Virus record (IMG/VR): IMGVR_UViG_3300011338_000292
Location: 1 to 47,186 of that record
Source of the DNA: a virus
Lineage: Duplodnaviria > Caudoviricetes
Reading direction: 5' to 3' (one strand)
Length of the DNA: 47,186 nt
The notes under the pieces are model-generated. The model worked only from the letters and a program-made list of their open reading frames with translations, searched no databases and was not told the DNA's origin. Position 1 is the stretch's first letter. Each line of letters starts with the position of its first letter. Both the position numbers and the translations under genes were made by a program. Below are positions 33,769-42,615 of this stretch, piece after piece.

Positions 33769-34227
33769 ATGGAGATTAAATTAAACGTCACACTAGACGC
33801 AACGCCATCCTTATTGGCCGCTTTGAACAACATCGCTCTCGCCCTTGCTGGCGGCAAAGCACAGGAAACACCTGCGACCACACCAGTAAAGAAAACAACA
33901 AAGCAGACGACTGCTGAAACAACCGTGTTAACCGAACTGCCGCCTGCCTCTGAGCCAGCACCGAAAGTTGCGCCGCAGCTACAGGACAAAGTTGACACAA
34001 CGCCTACGACTCCTAAAGCTGGTGGTATGAATGGGGTGGTCAACTTCGACACCATGCGTGATGCGGCTAAAGCCAAGGCGCAGAAGGGTATACAGGATGC
34101 TAAAATCCTACCTGCTGTAGTAAAAGGCCTGTGTGATGCCTTGGGCGTGAAAAACATCGGTGCTGTGCCTGACGACAAAATAGGCGCATTTATTCTTGAC
34201 CTCGACGAAGCTATTGCAAATGGGTAG
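33769..34227 (+). CDS. Conserved phage protein upstream of DUF2800 (Pro/Thr/Ala linker)
   Basis: MEIKLNVTLDATP N-terminus, low-complexity linker and helical C-terminal domain; typical position in DUF2800-DUF2815-PolA modules. Confidence 0.65.
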   Translation: MEIKLNVTLDATPSLLAALNNIALALAGGKAQETPATTPVKKTTKQTTAETTVLTELPPASEPAPKVAPQLQDKVDTTPTTPKAGGMNGVVNFDTMRDAAKAKAQKGIQDAKILPAVVKGLCDALGVKNIGAVPDDKIGAFILDLDEAIANG

Positions 34228-35854
34228 TGGTCACAGCGTCCTATCTCCTAGCGCGGCTAAACGTTGGCTGACATGCACTCCGTCAGCCCGTTTGGAGCAG
34301 GGATTCGAGGACACGACGAGTGATGCCGCCGAGGAAGGCACAGCAGCGCACCTGTTGGCAGAGATAGCACTTAACAAGTTGTTTTTCGACAAGGTTATTG
34401 GTGTGTCAGTAGATGAACAAGCGTTGCTGGATAAGTACGAGTGCGAAGACATGCACGACTACGTTGCAGACTATGTTGCCTTTGTACAGGAGCAGTACAA
34501 CAGTATTAAGTTCCGTGATCCGAATGTTACTATCTATCTGGAATCAAAAGTTGACATTTCGATGTACGTACCTGAAGCGGCAGGTACTAGAGATGTATGT
34601 ATCGTGGGCGCTGGCGTAGTTAAGATGATTGACCTAAAGTACGGCAAAGGTGTCAAGGTGGCTGCAATAGACAACGAGCAATTAAAGCTGTACGCGCTTG
34701 GTACGATTGAGGAATTAAGCGTTGTGTATGACTTTGAATTCCTTGAAATGTTCATCTACCAGCCACGTATGGACAACATTTCCTCGATGCGTATGGCAGT
34801 AGGCGACTTGATTAATTGGGCTGCTGACTACGTTATACCTCGCGCCAAGATAGCATTTGCTGGCGAGGGCGACTTCGTATCTGGTTCACACTGCCAATTC
34901 TGCAAGGTGAAAACATGTGCTGCGAGAGCTGAGTATGAGTTGTCTGTGGTCAAGGATGAATTTGGCGATGTGCGCCTGCTGTCACCTGCCGAAGTGGTAG
35001 AGATTCTGAAGCGAGAAAAGGGCATAACGTCATGGCTTAAAGGTTTGTCTGAGTATGCACTTGACAGTGCGCTTAAAGGCACTCAGTACCCAAGCATGAA
35101 GCTGGTAGAAGGCAAGTCTAACAGAGTTGTTAAGGATGAAGCCAAGTTGGTAGAAACACTGGTAGCCAATGGAGTAGCAGAGGACAAGCTATACAAACCT
35201 AAAGCTCTGCAAGGCATCACAGAGTTGGAGAAGGTTGCAGGTAAGAAGGTGTTTGCGCTGGCTGCTGTGTATCTTGATAAGCCAGAGGGCAAGCCAACAC
35301 TTGTAGATGAATCTGATAAGCGGGAGGCGTGGACACCAGGCAAAGGTGACTTTGATGAGGCTTTGAGTGAGTTAGAGAACAGAGCCGTAGAAGTCCACAC
35401 TATAGACGTGAGTAAAGATGCCGACGTGCCTGCTGCCATCGTAAACAGAACGCCTCCGCAGACGTGGCAACGCCCGAAAGAGGAAGTTATACCGTTGAAG
35501 GCTACACTACTGGACTTACCTGCTGGTGTACTAGAAAGCCCGTTTGCTGTCCTCAAAACACTGTACAAGATACAGGAGGAAGGCCCTAAAGGTAAGCCGA
35601 AAGCTATGCTGGTGAACGGAGAGGATATTGGTGACTTAGGGTACGAGGGTTATGAGTTCTTTATCGCTTCGCCCAATGAGCCTACGCAGTTCCTTGTATT
35701 TGAGAAACAAAGTGGTAAGGCAATTAGCAATTCATTCGATACTAAGAAGGAAGCCATTGACCACGCAAGCACAACTTTGATGCTGTACTTTGAAGAATTC
35801 GAGGCTAAGGTTGCAGAGGAAGCAAAAGTGCTGGCAAAACTAAAAGCTAAGTAA
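34220..35854 (+). CDS. DUF2800 / Cas4-like PD-(D/E)xK exonuclease with C-terminal extension
   Basis: HSVLSPSAAKRWLTC, AEEGTAAH, GTRD, IDLKYG, QLKLYALG, HCQFCKVKTC, KLVEGKSNR. Confidence 0.85.
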   Translation: MGSGHSVLSPSAAKRWLTCTPSARLEQGFEDTTSDAAEEGTAAHLLAEIALNKLFFDKVIGVSVDEQALLDKYECEDMHDYVADYVAFVQEQYNSIKFRDPNVTIYLESKVDISMYVPEAAGTRDVCIVGAGVVKMIDLKYGKGVKVAAIDNEQLKLYALGTIEELSVVYDFEFLEMFIYQPRMDNISSMRMAVGDLINWAADYVIPRAKIAFAGEGDFVSGSHCQFCKVKTCAARAEYELSVVKDEFGDVRLLSPAEVVEILKREKGITSWLKGLSEYALDSALKGTQYPSMKLVEGKSNRVVKDEAKLVETLVANGVAEDKLYKPKALQGITELEKVAGKKVFALAAVYLDKPEGKPTLVDESDKREAWTPGKGDFDEALSELENRAVEVHTIDVSKDADVPAAIVNRTPPQTWQRPKEEVIPLKATLLDLPAGVLESPFAVLKTLYKIQEEGPKGKPKAMLVNGEDIGDLGYEGYEFFIASPNEPTQFLVFEKQSGKAISNSFDTKKEAIDHASTTLMLYFEEFEAKVAEEAKVLAKLKAK

Positions 35855-35905
35855 AGTAGTAACAATTATTATTTCTTAATTTAAAAACAACAAAAACTAC
35901 CGATT

Positions 35906-36460
35906 ATGGGAAAGTTAATTTTGAAGAACGTAAGGTTCTCGTATGTGAATGTGTTTGAACCGCGTGAGAACGATCGTGGCAAAATGGAGTACAGCGTGTG
36001 CATCCTGCTGCCGAAGTCCGACAAGGCACAGATAAAACTGGTGCAAGATGAGATTGCAACACTGAGTGCCGATGCGCTGAGTAGTATCTTCAAAGGCAAG
36101 TCTAAGTTGCCAAGCACGTTCAAAATACCGTTGCATGATGGCGACGAAGAAAAAGAAGGTAATGCCACCTTTGAAGGCATGATGTATCTTAACGCTCGGT
36201 CACAGCGCAAGCCCGAAGTGATTGACCGTGCTAAGAAACCAATCACACCTGAATCCGGTGACTTCTATTCTGGTGCTTGGGGCATGGTGTCTGTCAATTT
36301 GTATACCTTCGACACAGAGGGCGCAAAGGGTATCGGCGTAGGGCTTAACAACATTCTGAAAACTAAGGATGATACCAAGTTCGCTGGCGGCTCGACTGCT
36401 GCTGAGGACTTTGGTAGCATTGAGTTGGAGGATGACGACGCTGCTGCTAGTTACCTTTAA
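35906..36460 (+). CDS. Single-stranded DNA-binding protein (DUF2815, T7 gp2.5-like)
   Basis: NVRFSYVNVFEP, PLHDGDEE, FYSGAW, GIGVGLNNI; acidic C-terminal tail ending in an aromatic/hydrophobic pair. Confidence 0.88.
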   Translation: MGKLILKNVRFSYVNVFEPRENDRGKMEYSVCILLPKSDKAQIKLVQDEIATLSADALSSIFKGKSKLPSTFKIPLHDGDEEKEGNATFEGMMYLNARSQRKPEVIDRAKKPITPESGDFYSGAWGMVSVNLYTFDTEGAKGIGVGLNNILKTKDDTKFAGGSTAAEDFGSIELEDDDAAASYL

Positions 36461-36463
36461 TTT

Positions 36464-36508
36464 CACCGTGTATGGTACACTGCGCATCTTCGATTGGTGC
36501 GCACGGTG
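36464..36508 (+). ncRNA. Structured mini-tRNA-like element (7-bp stem + TGGTA linker + TTCGATT-loop hairpin)
   Basis: CACCGTG/CACGGTG closing stem; CGCATC-TTCGATT-GGTGCG; no U tract follows. Confidence 0.45.
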
Positions 36509-36539
36509 CAGAATAAATTTTTAAAACCTCACAATATCT

Positions 36540-37289
36540 ATGGCTAGTGTAACTCAACTGCTCGACACATTCACGGGCATAATCGACCAACTTGTGCAGC
36601 TCGATGCTGACAAAAGAAACAACGTTGTTATTGGCGGCTCCTGCGCTCTATCCCTTATGGGTGTCAAGATGGGCAGAGAACCAGAAGATTTAGATGTAAT
36701 AGTCTACGAACCATCTGCCGAGCAACTGAAGTTTATAGAATTGTTTGACTTGGTGTACCAACGCAGACACCGAAAAATAGATGTTGGTACTATGGTAGTG
36801 TTAGCAGACGCATTGGCGGTTGGTGCAAAGGGCAGAGTTGGGCGATGCGGTGTCGTAGAGGCGTTCAGTCCACTTGTTGAAGGCGAAGTTTTAGTACGGT
36901 GGGGTAGGCAGGAAACAGCAACTATTTCCATTACTGCTTTATCTATTGCGACTAAGACAGACTACATGTACCACGTCACTTATTTCGATAATTACAAACT
37001 TGATTGTGACGACGTGTATTTTGATGATGATAGTTCTGAAACGGACACGGCAGCAATTTGGCAATACAAGCGTGTAAATGGTAACAAAATAAACTTCATA
37101 ATTAAGAGTTCTACCTGCCCTGTTATACTTACTAAAGTTTGGCTACAGCAAAGTGCTCACGCTTGCGTAGTACCTGTGCAATCTTTCAACACAATATTTG
37201 CTGCTAAGTTGGCTTATGGTCGTGATAAAGATGCTTCGGACATTGCTAGTGTTATAAAGCTAAACCTTACTAAACACCCTACAACATGA
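36540..37289 (+). CDS. Pol-beta-superfamily nucleotidyltransferase-like protein with inserted SH3/KOW-like domain
   Basis: VVIGGSCAL...REPEDLDVIV and a C-terminal KLAYGRDKDASDI. Confidence 0.65.
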   Translation: MASVTQLLDTFTGIIDQLVQLDADKRNNVVIGGSCALSLMGVKMGREPEDLDVIVYEPSAEQLKFIELFDLVYQRRHRKIDVGTMVVLADALAVGAKGRVGRCGVVEAFSPLVEGEVLVRWGRQETATISITALSIATKTDYMYHVTYFDNYKLDCDDVYFDDDSSETDTAAIWQYKRVNGNKINFIIKSSTCPVILTKVWLQQSAHACVVPVQSFNTIFAAKLAYGRDKDASDIASVIKLNLTKHPTT

Positions 37290-39241
37290 CTGCTATACTT
37301 TCTATTGACATTGAAACGTATTCTGACGTGGATATTAAAAAAACGGGCGTGTACCCGTATGCCGAATCGCCGAATTTCCAAATACTGCTTATTGCTTATG
37401 CCTATAATGGCGGGCCTGTTACTTGCTTTGATTTAACACAACGCCATTTTTGGTCAGTTCTTGAAGAAGCAGAGTTTGCTACTTTCGCAGATGATTTACA
37501 TAACCCTGAAATAACCAAAACAGCTTTCAACGCTCAATTCGAGATGACCTGTCTAGGCAAGGAATTCGGTACACTTAATCCGTTGCAGTGGGAGTGCACG
37601 ATGGTACGAATGTCTATGCTAGGATTCCCTCAACACTTAGGCGAAGCGGCGAAGGTGCTAGGTGTTGTAGATGGCAAGTTGGACGAGGGTAAGACGCTAG
37701 TCAACTGGTTCTGCAAGCCCGACAAAAACGGTAATCGCCGCCTACCTGAGCAGCATCCTGAGAAGTGGAAGCAATTTATCGCTTACTGCATACGTGACGT
37801 AGAGGTAGAACGTGAGCTGCGCACCAAGACTTCATTCTACACCATACCTCCAGATGAGCAGCGACTGTATGCACTTGACCAAACAATCAACCGCAGAGGC
37901 GTGCTGATTGACAAGCACCTGCCAGAGCGTGCGCTGGCTATATGGGCGGAGCACGTGTCGTGCCTGCTAGCAGAGCAGCGTGAGCTGACAGGGCTTGACA
38001 ACCCAAACAGTGTGGCGCAGTTGAAGGATTGGCTGTCTGTGGAGATGGATGATGACGTAGATACTCTTAATAAAAAGACTGTAGAAAAACTAATTGGTAA
38101 TCATGGCGATTTGGTAGATACTGTGTTGGCACTTCGCCAAGAGATAAGCAAGACCAGCATTAAGAAATACAACTCTATGGTTAACGTGCGTTGCCATGAT
38201 GGTAGGGTACGAGGGCTATTGCAGTTCTGTGGTGCAGGGCGTACATGGCGATGGGCAGGCAGGCTGATACAGGTGCAAAACTTGCCTCAAAACAAAATGA
38301 AGCAGCTAGAGATGGCACGCAACTGCGCTTTGTCGCTAGACAGGCTTACTATGGAGGTTGTACATGGCAACGTGGCTAGTGTTCTATCTCAGCTCATACG
38401 TACTGCGTTTGTTGCGCCAGAAGGCAAGACATTTGCGGTATCTGACTTCTCTGCCATCGAGGCGGTGGTGCTGTCTTACCTTGCTAAAGAGGAATGGCGG
38501 CTAGAGGTGTTCCGCACACACGGCAGAATATACGAGGCTTCGGCTAGCAAGATGTTCAGTATACCTTTGGAAACTATCGGTAAGAAAAGTCCTTACAGGC
38601 AACGTGGCAAGGTGGCAGAGTTAGCATTTGGCTACCAAGGCGGTGTGGGCGCAGCGATACAGATGGGCGCACTGGATATGGGCATCCCTGAAGCCGACTT
38701 GCAAGGCCTAGTCAACGACTGGCGTGCGGCCAACCCTAAAATCGTTAAGTTCTGGAAAAACATCAACAACGCTGCCATCACGTGTATTGAGAATAGCTGT
38801 CGTGTCAACGTGTGTGAAGGTGTGTGGTTCTACATGGAACGTGGCATACTGTCTATGCACATACCATCTGGCAGGTCGCTGAGATACCCACGTGCTAAGT
38901 TGGTAGAAGGCATGTACGGGCATAGCGTAGTATATGAAGGTATAGATCAGAACAAAAAGAAATGGTGTGAGATAAGCATCTACGGTGGTAAATTTACCGA
39001 GAACCTTGTACAAGCATTTGCTCGTGACTGCTTGTCAGTGGCCATGACGCGCCTTGCCGATGCGGGCTACGACATAGTGATGCACGTGCATGATGAAGTT
39101 GTAATTGAGGTGGACGAATATGCTGGCGAGATGCTGTTGGAAGATATTAACCGGATTCTTGCTCTGCCTATCTCGTGGGCATTAGGCTTACCGTTAAAGG
39201 CTGAAGGATATGTTACTAAATTTTACAAAAAAGACGATTAG
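37286..39241 (+). CDS. polA: DNA polymerase family A with 3'-5' exonuclease
   Basis: SIDIETYS, AFNAQFE, YCIRDV, QVQNLP, SDFSAIE, RQRGKVAELAFGY, HVHDEVV. Confidence 0.95.
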   Translation: MTAILSIDIETYSDVDIKKTGVYPYAESPNFQILLIAYAYNGGPVTCFDLTQRHFWSVLEEAEFATFADDLHNPEITKTAFNAQFEMTCLGKEFGTLNPLQWECTMVRMSMLGFPQHLGEAAKVLGVVDGKLDEGKTLVNWFCKPDKNGNRRLPEQHPEKWKQFIAYCIRDVEVERELRTKTSFYTIPPDEQRLYALDQTINRRGVLIDKHLPERALAIWAEHVSCLLAEQRELTGLDNPNSVAQLKDWLSVEMDDDVDTLNKKTVEKLIGNHGDLVDTVLALRQEISKTSIKKYNSMVNVRCHDGRVRGLLQFCGAGRTWRWAGRLIQVQNLPQNKMKQLEMARNCALSLDRLTMEVVHGNVASVLSQLIRTAFVAPEGKTFAVSDFSAIEAVVLSYLAKEEWRLEVFRTHGRIYEASASKMFSIPLETIGKKSPYRQRGKVAELAFGYQGGVGAAIQMGALDMGIPEADLQGLVNDWRAANPKIVKFWKNINNAAITCIENSCRVNVCEGVWFYMERGILSMHIPSGRSLRYPRAKLVEGMYGHSVVYEGIDQNKKKWCEISIYGGKFTENLVQAFARDCLSVAMTRLADAGYDIVMHVHDEVVIEVDEYAGEMLLEDINRILALPISWALGLPLKAEGYVTKFYKKDD

Positions 39242-39243
39242 AT

Positions 39244-40905
39244 ATGAGATACTTATCTGTTTGCTCAGGGATTGAAGCGGCTTCAGTAGCATGGAAGCAC
39301 CTAGGCTGGAACGCTGTTGCGTTCTCTGAGATTGAGGCTTTCCCCTCCAAGGTGCTTGCGCACCACTACCCCGATGTGCCTAATTTGGGCGACATGACAT
39401 TGCTAACTCAAAACGAATACCTAAATGGACAACAAATTAACCTCCTTGTCGGAGGAACACCCTGCCAGTCATTCAGTGTCGCAGGACTTAGAGCTGGATT
39501 GGCTGACGAGCGTGGTAACTTATCCCTCGAGTATATACGACTTCTTGAACACAAACGCCCCAAATGGTTCTTATGGGAAAACGTACCAGGAGTGCTTAGT
39601 TCTAACGGCGGTGCCGACTTTGCAAGTATCCTCAGTGGGTGGACAGGTAGAGATATCGCCCCGCAGCGTTTTGAAATATCCGGAATTATTGAAGGAGAGT
39701 TTTATTCGGTCGCATGGCGCGTTCTTGATTCGCAGTATTTCGGAGTGCCACAGCGACGCCGAAGAATCTTTGTTGTCGGACATCTTGGAGGAGATTGGCG
39801 ACCACCTACGGCCGTACTCTTTGAGCAAGAAAGCCTGTCTAGGGATTTTACGCCGATCGGAAGCAAGAGGAAAAAATCTACCACCAGTGCTGAAAGAGGT
39901 TCTGGAGCAGGTAATATTGATTGCTCGCCAAACGGTATCTCAGGCGCAATGACAAGCAAGTGGGCAAAGGGTACTGGTGGACCTGCTGGCGACGAGCATT
40001 ATAATTTGATTGTGCAGGATAAAACTCCTGCCAATTTTAGGATGGTGGTATTAGGTGAGTATGCAGACGATAACACTGCGTCAACAATGAAAAAACGTGA
40101 CTACAAAGACGCAACAGACCTAATTGTTGTACCAGCATACGGCATACAAGCTGGTATAGTAAATCGCACAGAAAACAGTGGCGCAAACGGGCTTGGTGTA
40201 AAAGAAGAAGAAAGTTTTACGCTAACTAAAGGCGACCAGCATTGTGTTATGCAGCCTATAGTCTACGACACTACTCAGATTACGCACCCTAAAAATGGTA
40301 GCAACCCACAAGCAGTCGACCCGTGCCACACACTAGCAAAAGGTGGTGACGCTACTTTATTGGTGCAGCCAGTAGTAATTGACCGAGCAGCATTTAACCA
40401 AGGTGTAAACGCTAAATACGACGCTCAGATAGAACATAGCGAAACAGCACCTTGCCTTGTTAAAGTAGGCCCCCATGCTGTGTATCAACCCATCATACTA
40501 GACGACCAAGGCGGAAACGTAATGACTGTCTATGACCAAGGGCATACTGGCACTTTACGAGCGCAGACACATGGGCATGAGCCGATAGTTGCGCAGCCAG
40601 CTAAATGCTACGTGGATAACAGGCGCAGAGGGTTGGAGATAAACGACAACATTTCACCGACTGTTTTAAAATTCTGGGGAACTGGTGGGGGTAACGCGCC
40701 TTTTGTGCAAAGTTCAATGGTTCGCCGCCTGACACCCTTAGAGTGTGAAAGATTACAGGGATTTCCCGATTATTTTACTGCTATACCCGGCGCATCTGAT
40801 AGCAAGCGATATGCCGCATTGGGTAATAGCATGACTGTCAATGTGATGAAGTGGATAGGGGAGAGAATTGATATGGTAGATAAAATAAAACGTAATTTAT
40901 GGTAG
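39244..40905 (+). CDS. DNA (cytosine-5) methyltransferase with long repetitive variable region
   Basis: SVCSGIEA, GGTPCQSFS, WENVPG, PQRRRRIF, RRLTPLECERLQGFPD, ALGNS. Confidence 0.93.
   Translation: MRYLSVCSGIEAASVAWKHLGWNAVAFSEIEAFPSKVLAHHYPDVPNLGDMTLLTQNEYLNGQQINLLVGGTPCQSFSVAGLRAGLADERGNLSLEYIRLLEHKRPKWFLWENVPGVLSSNGGADFASILSGWTGRDIAPQRFEISGIIEGEFYSVAWRVLDSQYFGVPQRRRRIFVVGHLGGDWRPPTAVLFEQESLSRDFTPIGSKRKKSTTSAERGSGAGNIDCSPNGISGAMTSKWAKGTGGPAGDEHYNLIVQDKTPANFRMVVLGEYADDNTASTMKKRDYKDATDLIVVPAYGIQAGIVNRTENSGANGLGVKEEESFTLTKGDQHCVMQPIVYDTTQITHPKNGSNPQAVDPCHTLAKGGDATLLVQPVVIDRAAFNQGVNAKYDAQIEHSETAPCLVKVGPHAVYQPIILDDQGGNVMTVYDQGHTGTLRAQTHGHEPIVAQPAKCYVDNRRRGLEINDNISPTVLKFWGTGGGNAPFVQSSMVRRLTPLECERLQGFPDYFTAIPGASDSKRYAALGNSMTVNVMKWIGERIDMVDKIKRNLW
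39425..39952 (+). CDS. Out-of-frame nested gene resembling the beta polypeptide of heterodimeric C5 methyltransferases
   Basis: 175-codon +1-frame ORF entirely inside the MTase, with C-terminal LSDILE...YSLSKKACLGILRRSEARGKNLPPVLKEVL. Confidence 0.6.
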   Translation: MDNKLTSLSEEHPASHSVSQDLELDWLTSVVTYPSSIYDFLNTNAPNGSYGKTYQECLVLTAVPTLQVSSVGGQVEISPRSVLKYPELLKESFIRSHGAFLIRSISECHSDAEESLLSDILEEIGDHLRPYSLSKKACLGILRRSEARGKNLPPVLKEVLEQVILIARQTVSQAQ

Positions 40906-41012
40906 ACTGGAACCAATTAGTAGACGACTTAATTAAAGAAAATCCCTCCGCCACAATTAAAGATTATTTAGATGTTAAAGCAGATATTGAAGCGGTGCAA
41001 AGCGTGCAGTAA
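40899..41012 (+). CDS. Small acidic protein (37 aa, MVDWNQLVDDLIKENPSATIKDYLDVKADIEAVQSVQ); not in ORF track
   Basis: Hand translation; ATG overlaps the end of the MTase gene; amphipathic helices. Confidence 0.5.
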   Translation: MVDWNQLVDDLIKENPSATIKDYLDVKADIEAVQSVQ

Positions 41013-41232
41013 AGAGTTTAGTACTGCTTACTTCCATGTGCACCAGCACATGTGTTCCAAGGAGTGCCGAGAGTATCTTAGGGCTGGCACAGTGTACGTA
41101 GAGGGCACGACATTAACTCACCGTTTCCACAACCTCAGAGGTGACAAAAAGTACGACCTACGAAGCATCATCAACCGATACGATGGCACAGACGCAGTGT
41201 TAATAATTAAATTCGACCAGACAAATGACTAG
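40972..41232 (+). CDS. Zn-finger-like protein
   Basis: CKAC...CSKEC. Confidence 0.55.
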   Translation: MLKQILKRCKACSKEFSTAYFHVHQHMCSKECREYLRAGTVYVEGTTLTHRFHNLRGDKKYDLRSIINRYDGTDAVLIIKFDQTND

Positions 41233-41671
41233 AACATGTATCTGCTGTGGTGGCGACTTGCCACCTCGCAAAAAGGAAAGGAGTAAGTACGGGCAATACT
41301 GTAGCCGTGTTTGTATTAGTAGCAACGTGGCATCTTGGGTAGGGTATCTATTCGAGGCATCTGCCAAAGGTACCAGGCTGCGTGCCTGCGCCGAGCACAT
41401 CGGTATTGGGTATAAGAGTGTTCGCCGATGGGTTATGGAAGTCAACACAATGCTCGATGGCTATGACCGAAAGTTGACATTTCGCTCTGGCCCCGTGCCA
41501 AAGGAGCGAGCTGTTGCAGAGCGTATTCGCAAGGTGCAGGAAGCACCTGCTGTAAAAATTAAGAAACAAGTTGTGGAGATAGTGCCTAACTTTAACACCC
41601 GCCCGTTGGATGCGGTCGGCTACAAAATGGTAAAAATTGCTAACGGAACATATAAACAAGTGAAAATATGA
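41225..41671 (+). CDS. Zn-finger + HTH protein
   Basis: CICC...YCSRVC; LRACAEHIGIGYKSVRRWV HTH. Confidence 0.65.
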   Translation: MTRTCICCGGDLPPRKKERSKYGQYCSRVCISSNVASWVGYLFEASAKGTRLRACAEHIGIGYKSVRRWVMEVNTMLDGYDRKLTFRSGPVPKERAVAERIRKVQEAPAVKIKKQVVEIVPNFNTRPLDAVGYKMVKIANGTYKQVKI

Positions 41672-42234
41672 ACAATTTAAAAACAGCTACAAGGCTTGTT
41701 GGTGACTCTGTTTCCAACAAAAGAAAAGAGAATGATTTTTACCCAACTCCGACTTGGGCGACAGAAGCTCTTTTATGTCATGAGGAATTTAAAGGAGAGA
41801 TATATGAACCCGCTTGCGGCGATGGTGCTATTTCTAAAGTGCTTATTGGCGCAGGGTTTAAAGTTGTGTCCACTGATCTTATTGATAGGGGGTACGGAGA
41901 ATCTGGTATCGACTTTATTGGTTGTACTCGCACATCTGATAACATTATTACCAACCCACCTTTTTCGTTGTGTACTGAGTTTATAGCGCAGAGTAAAAAA
42001 GCCGCACGTAAAAAAATAGCGATCTTTATGAAAACTACAGCACTTGAAGGTGTGAAAAGACATAAAATGTGGCTTGACGCGGATTTTCCTTTTGCACGAA
42101 TGTATCAATTTGTAAACAGAGTCTCGTTTGGTAAGGAGGAAGGCACACATAAATCTGGAGGCATGATGGCTTTTGCGTGGTTTGTTTGGGATAAAGAGCA
42201 CGTAGGTAGGCCTACGATAGAGTGGATTAAGTAA
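41668..42234 (+). CDS. Amino (N6A/N4C) DNA methyltransferase
   Basis: DFYPTP, EPACGDG (SAM binding), IITNPPF, FAWFVW. Confidence 0.85.
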   Translation: MNNLKTATRLVGDSVSNKRKENDFYPTPTWATEALLCHEEFKGEIYEPACGDGAISKVLIGAGFKVVSTDLIDRGYGESGIDFIGCTRTSDNIITNPPFSLCTEFIAQSKKAARKKIAIFMKTTALEGVKRHKMWLDADFPFARMYQFVNRVSFGKEEGTHKSGGMMAFAWFVWDKEHVGRPTIEWIK

Positions 42235-42255
42235 AACTGTTAAACAAGTGAGAAT

Positions 42256-42615
42256 ATGATACATTTCGAAATAACAAAAAGTAAATTCGCTTTCATACAA
42301 GTTGACAAACGTGCCAGAAACCCACAGATAATAAACAACGAGTTTAGCTGCGAGTACATGGCGAATGGCGACTTCGCAACGCAAAAACAATCCTTACACC
42401 TACCGACAGGTGTATTCAGGTTTATCTGTTTTTCAGACAGCATAACCGAGGATGAAGCTGCGCAGATAGTTGAGAAAGATGGTAAGTACTACAAGTCTTG
42501 TGGCAGCAGCAATGCTACTAAATACCTGCTGGCTAGACTAAGCATCTTAAACCTGCTTGCTGAAAACAGATTAACTCACAATTACGCAATACTGAAAGTG
42601 ATATGCTCGATATAG
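42256..42615 (+). CDS. Hypothetical protein (119 aa)
   Basis: ATG ORF overlapping the start of the primase gene. Confidence 0.6.
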   Translation: MIHFEITKSKFAFIQVDKRARNPQIINNEFSCEYMANGDFATQKQSLHLPTGVFRFICFSDSITEDEAAQIVEKDGKYYKSCGSSNATKYLLARLSILNLLAENRLTHNYAILKVICSI

